The notes beneath the pieces are model-generated. The model saw only the letters and a program-made list of their open reading frames with translations. It was not told where the DNA came from and did not search any database. A stretch of DNA of 64,000 bases from an uncultured Actinomycetes bacterium (GTDB lineage: Bacteria > Actinomycetota > Acidimicrobiia > Acidimicrobiales > CADCSY01): positions 159,429 to 223,428 of the forward strand of contig CAWIVE010000004.1 in the NCBI GenBank assembly GCA_963839545.1, given 5' to 3'. Both the position numbers and the translations under genes were made by a program. Shown here piece by piece: positions 31,268 through 42,392 of this stretch; within the stretch, counting starts at the first letter, position 1, and each line of letters begins with the position of its first letter.

Positions 31268-34021
31268 GTGCTCATGGACCGCACCGAAGAGCGCGCCGCG
31301 CTTGAGCGCCTCCTGGACGGGGCGCGCCGTGGCTCGAGTGGGGTACTCGTGCTCCGGGGTGCCCCTGGGATCGGCAAGTCGGCGTTGCTCGACCACGCAG
31401 CATCGCTGGCCAGCGACTTCCTCGTGTCCCGTGTCACCGGTGTGGAATCCGAGATCGCGCTGGGCTATGCCGGCGTGCATCAGCTGGTCGCGCCGTTCCT
31501 CGACCATGTGGCCGAGCTGCCGGATCCGCAACGGCACGTGTTGGAGTCGGTGCTCGGCCTCGCCGCGCACGACCCGCCGGACTCCCTCCTCGTCTTCCTC
31601 GCGGTGCTCTCCCTCATCGATGTCGCGTCACGCGAGACCCCGATGTTGCTGGTGGTCGACGACGCGCAATGGCTCGATGAGCGAGTCGGCGCGGATCTTG
31701 GCGTTCGTGGCCCGGCGCCTGCACGCCGAGCCGATCGCGAGCTGTGGCGGTGCGGGAGTCCGCTACCGGCGCCTCTGATCCCTTTCGCGGCTTCTCGGCG
31801 TTGCCGCGTGGACGGGCTCTGCCGGACGAGGACGCCCGGGTGATCCTGGAACGGGTCGCCGGCGATCCGATCGACGGCGAGGTGGCCGATCGCCTCGTCA
31901 AGCAGACGGAGGGGAACCCCCTCGCGCTCCGTGAGATCGCTGCTGAGTTGACCCCAGAGCAGCTGTGCGGCGAGCTCCCGCTCCCCGAACCCCTTCCCGT
32001 TGGCCCACTGCTCCAGGCCCAGTTCGCCGGCCGAGCACGAATGCTGCCGCCTGCCGCTCGGACCGTCCTCCTGCTCGCCTCCGCGGAACGGCTGGGCGAT
32101 CTCGCGCTCCTCAACCGGGCGGCACTGGACATCGGCGTGCCGTGGGAGTCGGCGATCGCAAGCGTCGAGGACGCCCGTCTCGCCACCTTCGCCGCCGCGG
32201 TGACGTTCCGTCATCCGCTCATCCGGTCCGCCGTCTACCACGACGCCGCCCCGGCGGATCGTCGGCGGGCGCATCGGGCTCTCGCCGAGCACTTGACGGG
32301 GTTCGACGACGTCGACGGCGCGCGTGGCACTGGGCTGCCGCTGCCAGCTCCGATGAGGAGGTCGCCCGAGCGCTGGAGGTGTCCGGGGAGCGTGCGTTCA
32401 ACCGTGGCGGGACACAGGCCGCGGCGGACCTCCTCCTGCAGGGCGTCGGAGTTGACGCCGACCTCGGTCCGCAGCGTCGACAGCCTCCTCGAAGTCGTCC
32501 GGCTGCGGGCCGCGGAGGGCGACGCGGCCCAAGCGCAGCCGCTGCTCGACTCGGTGATGACCCGAGTGCGGTTCGCGCGACAGCGTGCCGTCGCAGAGTG
32601 GCATACGCAAGGCCTCGTATCGCTCGGCCAGGGCCGGGGCCGGAGCACGAGGCCCTGTCCCGGGCCGTGGCGGCGATCGACCGCTACGACAGTGGCTTCC
32701 CGCTCGACCGTTGATCACGGCCGAGAAGCCGCCCTCTACGTCGGCTCGCTCGATGCCGGTGCCCTCGGGCACGGCGTCGCAGGACGCGGAGCGCAGCGCC
32801 TGCTCCCGGGAGAGGAGTCGCTCTCTTCGAGCGAGCTGCTGGTGAGGGCGACGGCTGTCGCGCTCACCGACGGGTACCTCGCGGGCGCCGGGATGCTGCG
32901 TGGCGCGCTCGCCGGCCTGCGGGCGGAAGCCGAGCCCACTGGTGTCATCCCCGTCCCCAACCCACGCGCGCCAGCCCGCTCCACCTCCTCGCGGTCAACG
33001 CCGCTGCTGCGCTCCTCGACGACGCTGCCTTCGAAGCCGTGACCGATGGTGGACCCCTTGCCGCGGACCGGGACGCTGACCTCGTTACCGATCGCACTCG
33101 ACCTGCTGAGTGTCTTCGAAGTGCTGGCCGGGCGCTTCCAGGCGCGAGGCCGCCATCGCAGAAGCGGAAGACATCCTCGCCGTGGTGGGCTCCCGTGGCC
33201 ACATCGGCGAGCCCGGCGTCGGCGAGTTGTTCCTCGACGCCTTCCAGGGCGACGCGGAGAAGACGCTGGACGCGGCCGAGCGACCTAGCAGAACGCAATC
33301 CAGCGCGGGAGCGGAGTGGACCTGGATCACTCCCACTACACCCTCGTGGTGCTCGACCTCGGCGCAGGTCGTTATGCGTCTGCGCTCGAGCACTGCCTGG
33401 AGATCGACACCTACGATGTCCTTCCGATGTCGACCCTGGCCCTTCCTGTGCTGATCGAGGCCGCGGTTCGCTGTGACGACCGTGCGACTGCGAACGCCCG
33501 TCGATCGCTTACCCAACGAGCGACCGCCTCGGCGTCCGACTGGGCACGGACTGCTCGATTGCATGTGGGCTCTCGTCGTGAGCGGGGCCGACGCCGAGAT
33601 GCGCTACACGTGCCGCCATCGATCGGCTCTCGCGATGTGCGGCGGCCTTCGACTGCGCGAAGGCACAGCTGCTCTACGGCGAGTGGTGCGACGTGCTCGT
33701 CGACGTCGCGACGACGCCGGCCGCTCCGGGCGGCCCTCGTGGCCTTCGAAGGCAGCGGGGCCAAGTGTTCGCGGACGCGCCCGGTGGGAGCCGTCCGCTA
33801 CGGGGGAGCACACCCGGACGCGCCTCGACACGACTCGGGAGGTGCTGAGTGCGCAGGAGAAACAGCTCGCCCGTCTCGTGGCGAGCGGCGACACCGATGC
33901 GGACATCGCGTCGAAGTTGTACATCGGCACGAGCACGGTCGAGTACCACCTGCGCAAGATCTACCGGAAGCTCGGCGTGAGCTCCCGCACCCAGCTCGCC
34001 CGTCTCGAGCTCCAGCGGTGA
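31268..34021 (+). pseudogene. Large ATP-binding LuxR (MalT/LAL) regulator, heavily frameshifted
   Basis: GAPGIGKS, VVDDAQWLD, TEGNPLAL, FRHPLIRSAVY; C-terminal LSAQEKQ...TVEYHLRKIYRKLGV. Confidence 0.8.
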
Positions 34022-34061
34022 GCCGGATCGGGCCGCACGTCCCGGAACCGGTTGCTCGTGC

Positions 34062-34864
34062 TCAGGTCGTCTCGTCAGCCATCGCCGTGGCGAGGGCGAC
34101 GCGGGAAGTGGACGCCACCTTCCGGAACACCTTTCGGAGGTGCGCGTCGACGGTGTGATGGGACAGGAACAGGCGGGCGGCGATCTCCCGGTCTGCGTCC
34201 TCGGCTGTCAGCTCTGCGATGGCTCGCTCGCTCTCCGTCAGCTCTTCCAACCCCAGCGCTGCGGCGAGCGGCGCTGGGGCGTGCGGTCACGGGACCGACG
34301 TGCACGAGCGCAGCTCTCATGCGCCGTCGTCCCGTCAGCGGCGTCACGCTTGCCGACACCGACGACCGGTCCGAGTGGGAAGGCGGACGGTGCCGGTGCC
34401 GGCGCTCTTCACCGCGGCCCAAACGGACGGTCGGTCCTGATGGTTGAACACCCGGGCGGCTCGCGTGTTGCAGATCAGGAGGTCCTCGCTGACGAGCAGG
34501 AGGGGACCGCGTGTCCGACGGCGGGCACGGAGGAACGCCTCCTCCAACGAGTGGTCGCGGACGGTCCGGGGTGTCGAGGAGCCGCTGCTCGATCTGTCGC
34601 CACACTGGCGGACGAGGACGTCCAGCAACGGGGCCGCAGCGTCGACCGCCACAGGAGCGTCAGGATCCCCATGTGTTGCCGGTGTTGTGGTCGACGATGC
34701 CGCCGGACGCCTGCGCCACGTGTTCTGCGGTGGCACCGGGATCACCGCTGGAGACCGCGGAGTCGTCGTTGGCCGCCCGACGATGGATCACCGCCCTCGT
34801 TCGTCGGCGAGCACGTGTACACCGTGCCGGAGCTCGCGTTCGAGTCGGTATCCACGAGCGGCAT
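34062..34864 (-). CDS. LuxR-type HTH regulator (frameshifted; start uncertain)
   Basis: LTESERAIAEL...IAARLFLSHHTVDAHLRKVFRK at 34062-34250. Confidence 0.6.
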
Positions 34865-35329
34865 GGCCGCCTGCTCCCGACCGCACCCGCCGTCGACCAC
34901 GCCGGTCGACGGCTCTGCCAGGTCTTGGACGTCCCGTACAGCGATCACCTCTGGACCGTACGAACGCCGGCGCCGTGCTGGAATCCCCGAAGATCCCAGT
35001 TCTGGCGGTCCCGGCGCACCGCCGTGCGCCCTCCAGTGGCTTCAGGTCGACCTCGATCTCGCCACGGAGCGCGGTGAAACCACACCCCGTTGCGCGGTTG
35101 GTGGCCCGCGCTTCGCCAAGGTCGGGCCGGGATGACCCCGACGACTGGGGTTTTCACGGGTACGGAGGCGCCAGGCGCGCGCTGGTGAAGACGCACGTGC
35201 TCGTTGGATGCGCCAGGCGGCCTCCGGTCACAAGATCGTCCGCGACGGCGCACCACCACCCCCGACGGGCCGGCGAAGGAGTCAGCATGGGCCACCCCAC
35301 GGAGCCACTGATGCCCACGCACGGGCGCC

Positions 35330-36020
35330 CGAACGAGCGAACGCGGGACCACCTCGACGGGGCCCGCCATCGGCCAGCAGCCGTGGAACCGGCCGGAGCG
35401 CACCAGGCGACGGGCGACACCGGAACGCCGTTGGCCGCGCCGGAGCGACCGGCCCGCCGGACGGGGCGGCTGGTGGCACGAGGCCAACCGGCTCGACGTC
35501 GCCGTCTACGCCGCCATCGTGGTGACCCCGACCCCGGAGCTGGACCGCATCTTCCGTCGCCTCTCGTGGGCCGTGGACCACTGGAAGCTCTGGCTGACCA
35601 GCGCCGCCGCCATGGCGCTCACCGGCGGGACCCGCGGTCGCCGGGGCGTCGGGAACGGCATCGCCGTGATGGCGGTCACCTCGACGGTCGTCCACTGGCG
35701 CTGAACGCTCGGCGACCGGCGCCGTCCCGACCGGGCCCGGCACGACGTGCCGGTCGGCCGCCACGTGTCGATGCCGGTCTCGACATCGTTCCCGTCCGGT
35801 CACGCCGCATCGGCGGCCGCCTTCGCCACCGGGTCGGAGCGCCTTCCCCGAGGGCGGCATCGCCCTGGGGGCGGCCGCCGCGCTCGTGTCGTACTCCAGG
35901 GTCCACACGGGCGTGCACTACCCCCTCGACGTGATCGCCGGGGCGCTTCACAGGACGGCGCTGGCGCAGCTCGTCGTTGCTGGCCTCGACCGTGGCCGAG
36001 CCCGGCGGTCGATCCGGTGA
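35330..36020 (+). CDS. PAP2-family phosphatase (frameshifted; ends approximate)
   Basis: SFPSGHAASA and YSRVHTGVHYPLDV in different frames. Confidence 0.75.
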
Positions 36021-36089
36021 GCGTGCGCGATCGCCGGCGAAGCGGAGCGCGCCGTTGCGCCACGGCTGGTCACCGGTCGAACGGCTTCG

Positions 36090-36978
36090 ACGACCGGTGC
36101 TGTTCGTCAACCCGAGCTCGGGTGGCGGCACGGCGGCCGCGCCGCCGTAGTCGAGGAGGCGCGTGTGCGCGGCGTCGAGGTGGTCGTGCTGCGGCTCCGG
36201 TGCCAGCGTGGAGGCGCTGGTCGTGGACGCGGTGGCCAACGGTGCTGATGGCCTCGGCGTGGCCGGCGGTGACGGCTCGCTGGCGGTGGTGGCCGCCAGC
36301 CGCGATGACGCACGAGATCCCCTTCGTGTGCGTCCCCGCCGGCACGCGCAACCACTTCGCCCTCGACGTGGGCGTCGACCGCCGGGACATCGTCGGCGCC
36401 CTGGACGCGTTCACCGACGGTGTCGAACGCCGGATCGACGTGGCCCGGGTGAACGGGCGCCTGTTCCTCAACAACGTCTCGATGGGCCTCTACGGCGACG
36501 CGCTGCAACGGCCGGAGTACCGCGACGCGAAGGTCAGCACGTTGCTGGCCACCGCGCAGGCGGTGCTGGGGCCGGGCGGCGCCGCGCCCGAGCTGCGCCT
36601 CGTGGATGATCGGGGCCAGGAGCACCATCATCCGCCGGTCCTGCTGGTCTCCAACAACCCCTACGCGTGATCGGCCGGTCGTGACCGGCTCGCGTCCGTC
36701 GCTCACGAGTGGGCGACTGGGGATCCTTCTCGTCGACCGACCGCACGGCGCGGCGGGCCGGCGGCCGTGAGCTCGCCCGGGCCTGGACGGCGACGTCGCT
36801 CGTGGTCGAGGCCCCGCGCCGGTGCACGCCGGGGTCGACGGCGAGGCCTCGAGCTGGCCGCCCCCCTCGAGTTCGTGATCCTGCCCCAGTGCTGCGGGTG
36901 AGGATCTCGTCCCACCACCCCGGCGTCTCGCCCGCGGGACGGGTCATCGCGAACCGTCCGTCGCCGGAAGCGCCTTGA
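36090..36978 (+). CDS. Diacylglycerol-kinase-family lipid kinase (frameshifted; start approximate)
   Basis: LFVNPSSGGG, VAGGDGS, PAGTRNHFA, FLNNVSMG. Confidence 0.8.
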
Positions 36979-37045
36979 CCATCGCCGGCGGACGACCCCC
37001 GTCGGCACCACCCCCACGCCGACACCTGTCGCCAAGGAGCCCACG

Positions 37046-37603
37046 GTGAAGGTCCTCCCCCTCGCTGCTGCACCGTTCGCCCCACCTCTGGATCGCGACC
37101 TGCTCCCGTCGGAACGACGCGAGTACGTGCGCACCCGCCGCACCTGCGTCTTCGGCACGGCTCGTCGGGTCGACGGCCCTGCGATGTCGGTCGCCTACTA
37201 CGTGCCCACGGACAGCGACGAGCTGCTCGTCTCGACCATGCGCGAGCGGGGCAAGGCCAAGGCCGTCGCCCGCAACCCCAAGGTCAGCCTGTGCGTGCTC
37301 GACGAGCGCTGGCCGTTCAGCTACATCCAGGTGTACGGCGACGCGGTCATCGACGACGATCCCGAGCTCGTGGTGGACATCATGATGGCGGTCGGCGGCC
37401 GGATGTCCGGTGAGCCCCTCGGAGACGACGCCCGACCGCTCGTCGCCGCCATGGCCCTGGAGGAGGATCGCGTCGTCCTGCGGTGCCGGCCGTACGAGAC
37501 GTTCGTCACGCCGTCACGTCGCCCCGGCGGCACGGACGAGCCCGACCGCACCACCCAGTGGAGCTCCGGAGCGATGCGCTGGGACGCCGCGGACCCCGCC
37601 TGA
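37046..37603 (+). CDS. PPOX-class F420-dependent oxidoreductase
   Basis: DGPAMS, KAKAVARNPKVSLCVLDERWPFSY. Confidence 0.8.
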   Translation: MKVLPLAAAPFAPPLDRDLLPSERREYVRTRRTCVFGTARRVDGPAMSVAYYVPTDSDELLVSTMRERGKAKAVARNPKVSLCVLDERWPFSYIQVYGDAVIDDDPELVVDIMMAVGGRMSGEPLGDDARPLVAAMALEEDRVVLRCRPYETFVTPSRRPGGTDEPDRTTQWSSGAMRWDAADPA

Positions 37604-37689
37604 CGGAAGAGCACGCGCTCGGCAGGATGTGCCGGGGCGGCTCGAGGCGGAGGATCGTCACGAACGACCCCACCCGAACGGAGCACCCC

Positions 37690-38343
37690 ATGCACAAGCC
37701 CAACGGCCTGCTCGAGATCGACGTCCGCGAGACCCTCGACTGGGATCCCTCACTGGACGTCAGCCGCGTCTCCGTGGATGCCGAGGACGGCCACGTCACG
37801 CTCACCGGCTCGGTCCCGACCTACTACGACAAGGTGCGCGCGCTGAGGACGTGCTGGAGGGTCGGCGGCGTGAAGGTCCTCGACAACGAGCTCCTCGTCG
37901 GCCCCCTCGGCGGGGCGATCAACGACGCGCAGCTCATCGCCGCCTGCCGCAGTGCGCTCGACCACGACCGCGTGGTCCCCGAGGGCTCGGTCACGGCCGA
38001 GGTGTTCGACGGGGGTGTCCGGCTCCGCGGTCGTGTTCGCAACCCGTTCCAGCGCGAGGCGGCGGAGATCGTCGTCAGTCGCGTCGCCGGTGTGCTCGCC
38101 ATCGAGAACCTCATCGCCATCTCGCCGGAACCCATCCCGGGCGACGTCGCCCACCGCATCAACAAGGCGTTCAAGCGCAGCGCCATCATCGACGACTCCA
38201 AGATCAGGGTCACCAACGACGGGCGAACCGTCTACCTCTCCGGCACCGTCGGCTCGTACGCCGCCATGCGTGAGGCGCTCGACACGGCGTCCACCGCGCC
38301 CGGTGTGGACCGCGTCGTCAACGACCTCATGGTCGAGCCCTAG
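37690..38343 (+). CDS. Triple BON-domain (OsmY-like) protein
   Basis: Three repeats of G.V.L.G.V...(V.GV..V.N.L). Confidence 0.9.
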   Translation: MHKPNGLLEIDVRETLDWDPSLDVSRVSVDAEDGHVTLTGSVPTYYDKVRALRTCWRVGGVKVLDNELLVGPLGGAINDAQLIAACRSALDHDRVVPEGSVTAEVFDGGVRLRGRVRNPFQREAAEIVVSRVAGVLAIENLIAISPEPIPGDVAHRINKAFKRSAIIDDSKIRVTNDGRTVYLSGTVGSYAAMREALDTASTAPGVDRVVNDLMVEP

Positions 38344-38451
38344 CCGTGAAGCTCCTCACCTGCGGATGGGCGTCGCACCGCGAGCGCTGAACACCGCTCG
38401 ACGCCCATCCACCCGTCACCCGTTCCGCACCTCCAACGCAACGGAGCCACC

Positions 38452-39396
38452 ATGCTCGTCACCAACCCGTTCAGCCTCTCGTACGACTTCGATCGCAGCA
38501 CCCGCAGCTGGTGGGTCCTTGCCCTGAGCGGCGTCATCGGCGTCGTCGCCGGGGGGATCATCCTGCTCACCGACTGGAGCCTTGGCGACCTCGCCGTCTT
38601 CCTCGGCGCCGTCCTCGTGTTCCACGGACTGTCCACTGCCTTCACCGTGCCGCTCGACGGGTCCAGTCGAGGCTGGTCGATTGCGGCTGGCCTCCTCGAA
38701 TTCGCGGTGGGCCTCATGGTCTGGGCGTGGCCGTCACCGACCCTGCTGGTCCTTTCCTTCTGGCTCGGCTGGTACGTCATGCTCGCCGGCATCACGGCCA
38801 TCGCCGGTGCGATCACCGGTCGCGGCATCCTGCCATCATGGGGCCTCATGCTCGCGATCGGCATCGCCGAGGTGCTCCTGTCCCTCTGGTTGCTCGCTGG
38901 TCCGGGGATCAGCCTCGTCGTCGCCGTGCTCGCGCTCGGGCTGTGGGCCTTCGTCGACGGCGTCGCACAGATCGTGATCGCCTTCGACCTGAAGCGCATG
39001 CGGGACCAAGCCCCACGCCCGGACACCGGGCTCCGTGCCCCGTCGGCAGAGCGGCTACCTGCACCACGCCACCACCTGATCGCCCTCGACACCCACCGAC
39101 ACAGAAGGGAACCGAACCATGACGCTTTCAGAGCAGCTGAGCAGGCTCGCCGTCCGGACCAAGGAGGTCGAGGATCGAGCATCCATCGCCAAGGACAAGG
39201 CGAGAGCCGACCTCCAGGAGGAGGTGGAGGGAAGCGCGCCAGGCGGCCCAGTCGACCGCCGAGGAGCTCGCCAAGGACGTCGACCGGGCCACCGGCGAGG
39301 TGTCTGCGTGGTGGGACAAGGTGGGCCGGTCGTGGAACGACCACCTGGCGACCGTCCGCACCAACATCGACGAGAAGCGGGCCGCCCACGACGTGA
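38452..39396 (+). CDS. HdeD/DUF308 membrane protein (true stop probably near 39080; ORF runs into the next gene)
   Basis: WWVLALSGVIGVVAG, two repeated TM hairpin units, GVAQIVIAF. Confidence 0.75.
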   Translation: MLVTNPFSLSYDFDRSTRSWWVLALSGVIGVVAGGIILLTDWSLGDLAVFLGAVLVFHGLSTAFTVPLDGSSRGWSIAAGLLEFAVGLMVWAWPSPTLLVLSFWLGWYVMLAGITAIAGAITGRGILPSWGLMLAIGIAEVLLSLWLLAGPGISLVVAVLALGLWAFVDGVAQIVIAFDLKRMRDQAPRPDTGLRAPSAERLPAPRHHLIALDTHRHRREPNHDAFRAAEQARRPDQGGRGSSIHRQGQGESRPPGGGGGKRARRPSRPPRSSPRTSTGPPARCLRGGTRWAGRGTTTWRPSAPTSTRSGPPTT

Positions 39397-39552
39397 AGGC
39401 TGCGCAGAAGGCCGCCCGTGCCACGACCGACGACGCCTCCTACGCCATCGCCTACGCCTACGCGGCAGTCGCCGAGGCCGAGTACGCCGTGCTCAACGCC
39501 GCGCTCGCCAACCAGGAAAGCCGACGAGATGTCGGCCGCACCGACCGCCTAG
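39119..39552 (+). CDS. Coiled-coil hypothetical protein (frameshifted)
   Basis: GAAGGG RBS; MTLSEQLSRLAVRTKEVED ... YAIAYAYAAVAEAEYAVL. Confidence 0.6.
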
Positions 39553-39750
39553 GGGCGGGAACCACGGACAACCCCGGGCTCGGCGGGGTGCGCTGGACCC
39601 CCTTCAGCGCACCCCGGCCGTGCTGGGGGACGAACCCATCTGGCCGAGGGAGAAGCTCGTGCTCGTCACCAACCCGTTTCGCGGCTGGAGGGTGCCGCCG
39701 TCGACCGGCGGCGACCGCCGGGGCGCGCCGTGACCCCCGGTGCGAGCTCG

Positions 39751-40618
39751 ATGAGGATCGTCGTGCCGTTGGACGGCTCGGAGTTCTCGACCCGGGCCAT
39801 CCCGGCCGCGGCGGTCCTCGGGCGTGTGGCCGGCGCAGGAATCTCCCTCGTCGGGGTGGCAACCGACCAGGAACACATCACCCCGCTGTCGCACCACGTG
39901 CACGAGGCCACCCAGCTGCTGCCAGCGGGAACCGACGTCGCCGAGGGCGTGATCGTCCACCGGGAGCCGTCGGCCGTCCTGCTGCGGATGGCAGACGACC
40001 CGGCCAAGGTCCTCTGCCTCGCCACCCATGACCACATCCCGCCGGCGGCCGCCGTCCTGGGGTCGGTCGGGTCGCAGGTGCTCGAGGGAGCCGCGCACCC
40101 GCTGTTCGTCGTCGGCGGCGCCGCCGAGGCGCAGTGCGGGCACCGACGTTGCGGTCGCCCTGGATGGCCGGCACGATCCCGAGCCACTTCTCGCCACTGC
40201 CGTGCGGTGGGCGCAGCTGTTCGACGCGCCCCTGCGCCTGCTGACCGTCTACGAGCCGGTGCCCTCCGACATCCGCCGACCCGAGCACTTCACCCGCAGC
40301 CGCGGCCCTTCGATCGACCCGGACCTGTACCTCCGGCGGGTCAGCACCCGGTGGGAGGGCAGTGCCGTGCGGGGTGTCGAATCCGTGTCGATCCCGGACC
40401 CCGTGAGCGCCGCCGGCGGCCTCGTCGATCATCTGACCCAGCGACCGGCCCTCGTCCTCGTCGCCGGCGGGGAGCACCACCGGCACCTCCTCACCCCGGA
40501 TGTCCTCCGGAGCCTCCTGCGTGCCCTCGCCCTGCCGGTGCTGGTGGTCCCCGGGCCCGCCGTGCCGAGCGCCGAGAGAGCGCCGGCCGAAGGGGTCGTG
40601 GGGAGACCAGGGCCGTGA
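39751..40618 (+). CDS. Tandem universal stress protein (frameshift near 40135)
   Basis: MRIVVPLDGSEFS, LGSVGSQVL..., VAVALDG, PVLVVP. Confidence 0.8.
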
Positions 40619-41166
40619 GCGACCCCGAGCCGGACGCCTCCACGCCCAGATCCCGACGGCATCTGACCCGTCCTCCGGCGCTCGACCCGCGGGTCGTGCA
40701 CCACCCGGCGGTCGTCCGGCACGCGGAGGAGCGCGCCAAGAACAGCCAGCTCCGGCTGGCCGACAAGATCACGGCCGTCGCGGGCTCGATGACGTTCGTC
40801 TACCTCCACGCCCTGTTCTTCGCCCTGTGGATGCTCGTGTTCGAGGACAACCCCTGGCCCACCCTGACGCTTACGGTGTCCCTTGAGGCGATCTTCCTGT
40901 CGACGTTCGTCCTGATCAGCCAGAACCGCCAAGCCGCGTTCCAGCAAGCCAAGGCGGACCACGATTACCAGGACATCAACACCTTGCTCGTGGAGAACAC
41001 GGCACTCACCCGCAGCATCCAGGACTTGACGGGGGACGTCCGTGACCGGCTGACCGAGGCTGCGACGACGACAGGGCAACGTGACGATCGAGAGCGCGGC
41101 CCCACGACCGCCGGCACACCGCCGGGACGCTCGTCGCCCACGCCGCCGCTACCACCGCGGAGCTGA
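40615..41166 (+). CDS. DUF1003 membrane protein
   Basis: LADKITAVAGSMTF, PWPTLTLTVSLEAIFLSTFVLISQNR. Confidence 0.85.
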   Translation: MSDPEPDASTPRSRRHLTRPPALDPRVVHHPAVVRHAEERAKNSQLRLADKITAVAGSMTFVYLHALFFALWMLVFEDNPWPTLTLTVSLEAIFLSTFVLISQNRQAAFQQAKADHDYQDINTLLVENTALTRSIQDLTGDVRDRLTEAATTTGQRDDRERGPTTAGTPPGRSSPTPPLPPRS

Positions 41167-41254
41167 TGGGAGGCCACGCCAAGCCTGGGGCGGCAGCGCG
41201 ACCAGGACCTTGCCGCCTTGACCAACGGATGCCTTGCCACAGGAGCCCTGCGAA

Positions 41255-41365
41255 CAGGGCCTTCGGAGTGGTCGGGACCTGCGTCGATCCGGTGACATGG
41301 CGCTTCTTAGCCACGCCGGAGACGGGTCAACTCTGGCCTGTGAACGACTACGGACCTTGGTGCAG
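41255..41365. repeat. Degenerate att copy 2 (tRNA-Phe 3' half) with diverged right flank
   Basis: CAGGGCCTTCGGAGTGGTCGGGACCTGCGTCGATCCGGTGAC; flank GGTCAACTCTGGC..GTGAACGA resembles 31036-31070. Confidence 0.85.
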
Positions 41366-41373
41366 TCCTCGGG

Positions 41374-42081
41374 ACCGCGGCCGGCCTTGGTGGACTCCGG
41401 CAGGGCGAGCTGTTCGGGCTCCGGCGCCAGGACGTCGACCTCGCCTTCGGATGGATCGTCGTCCGGCGCAAGCGGCTGCGCCTCGCGTCCGGTGAGGTGA
41501 TCGAGGACGGACCGAAGAGCGCTGCCGGGCGGCGGACCGTCGCCCTCCCCAAGCCGCTGACGGACGAGCTGGCAGCGCACCTCGAAGCGTTCACCACCCC
41601 AGGCGACGACGCCTACGTGTTCACGTCCGTCGATGGACTGCCCGTCCAGGCGAGCAACTTCCGCAACCGGGTGTGGCTGCCGGCCGTGCGTGCGGCCGGC
41701 CTCGACGGCCTGCGGTTCCACGACCTCCGGCACACCGCCGGCACGCTCGCCGCCTACACGGGTGCCACGACCAAGGAGCTCATGGCGAGGCTCGGCCACG
41801 CCAGCCCGCGGGCAGCGATGATCTACCAGCACGCCACCGCGGATCGCGACCGGCGCATCGCCGAGGGCCTCACGGCCATGACCGTTGAAGCCGGGCTGGT
41901 GCCAGCCGGACCCACGAGTGACCGCCAGTCGCCGTCCCGATCTGGCACGGATCTGGCACGCCGGCGGCCGGTTCGCAGGGCCTCGAAGAGGAAAGGCCCC
42001 GCAACCAGGGCCTTCGGAGTGGTCGGGACCGGCGTCGATCCGGTGACCTCGCGCTTTTCAGGCGCGCGCTCTGCCAACTGA
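41374..42081 (+). pseudogene. Tyrosine integrase, catalytic domain only (N-terminus missing)
   Basis: GLRQGEL, PKS, FHDLRH, LGH, MIY in one frame; in-frame stop at 41341; frame reads antisense through tRNA-Phe. Confidence 0.88.
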
Positions 42082-42092
42082 GCTACCCGACC
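42020..42092 (-). tRNA. tRNA-Phe(GAA)
   Basis: GGTCGGGTAGCTCAGTTGGCAGAGCG...CTGAAAA...GGATCGACGCCGGTCCCGACCA; CCA not encoded. Confidence 0.95.
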
Positions 42093-42112
42093 GTGGAACG
42101 TAGGTTGTAGCG

Positions 42113-42187
42113 CGGTCCCGACGGGATTTGAACCCGCGACCTCCGGCTTGACAGGCCGGCGTGCACTCCAAGCTGCACCACGGGACC
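42113..42187 (-). tRNA. tRNA-Asp(GTC)
   Basis: GGTCCCGTGGTGCAGCTTGG...CTGTCAA...GGTTCAAATCCCGTCGGGACCG. Confidence 0.95.
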
Positions 42188-42262
42188 GTGCACCCCTTCC
42201 AGGGCGGCTTCCCACCCTACCGTGCGGGATGCGGGCGACGATCGGGCACCGAGGTCGGGGAG

Positions 42263-42335
42263 CACCCCCAACGGGATTCGAACCCGTGTTGCCGCCTTGA
42301 AAGGGCGGTGTCCTGGGCCGCTGGACGATGGGGGC
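42263..42335 (-). tRNA. tRNA-Glu(TTC)
   Basis: GCCCCCATCGTCCAGCGGCCCAGGAC...CTTTCAA...GGTTCGAATCCCGTTGGGGGTG. Confidence 0.95.
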
Positions 42336-42392
42336 TCGCGGGCCCGGTAGGGCCGCCCGAGGCTACCAGCGGCTCCTTGCGGCCCCGCCGGG

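Larger units (their letters stand above)
24642..42064. mobile_element. Composite genomic island: tandem integrations at tRNA-Phe
   Basis: Three partial tRNA-Phe 3' copies, arm-type repeats, integrase remnant; more A/T-ending codons than the flanks (by eye). Confidence 0.8.
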
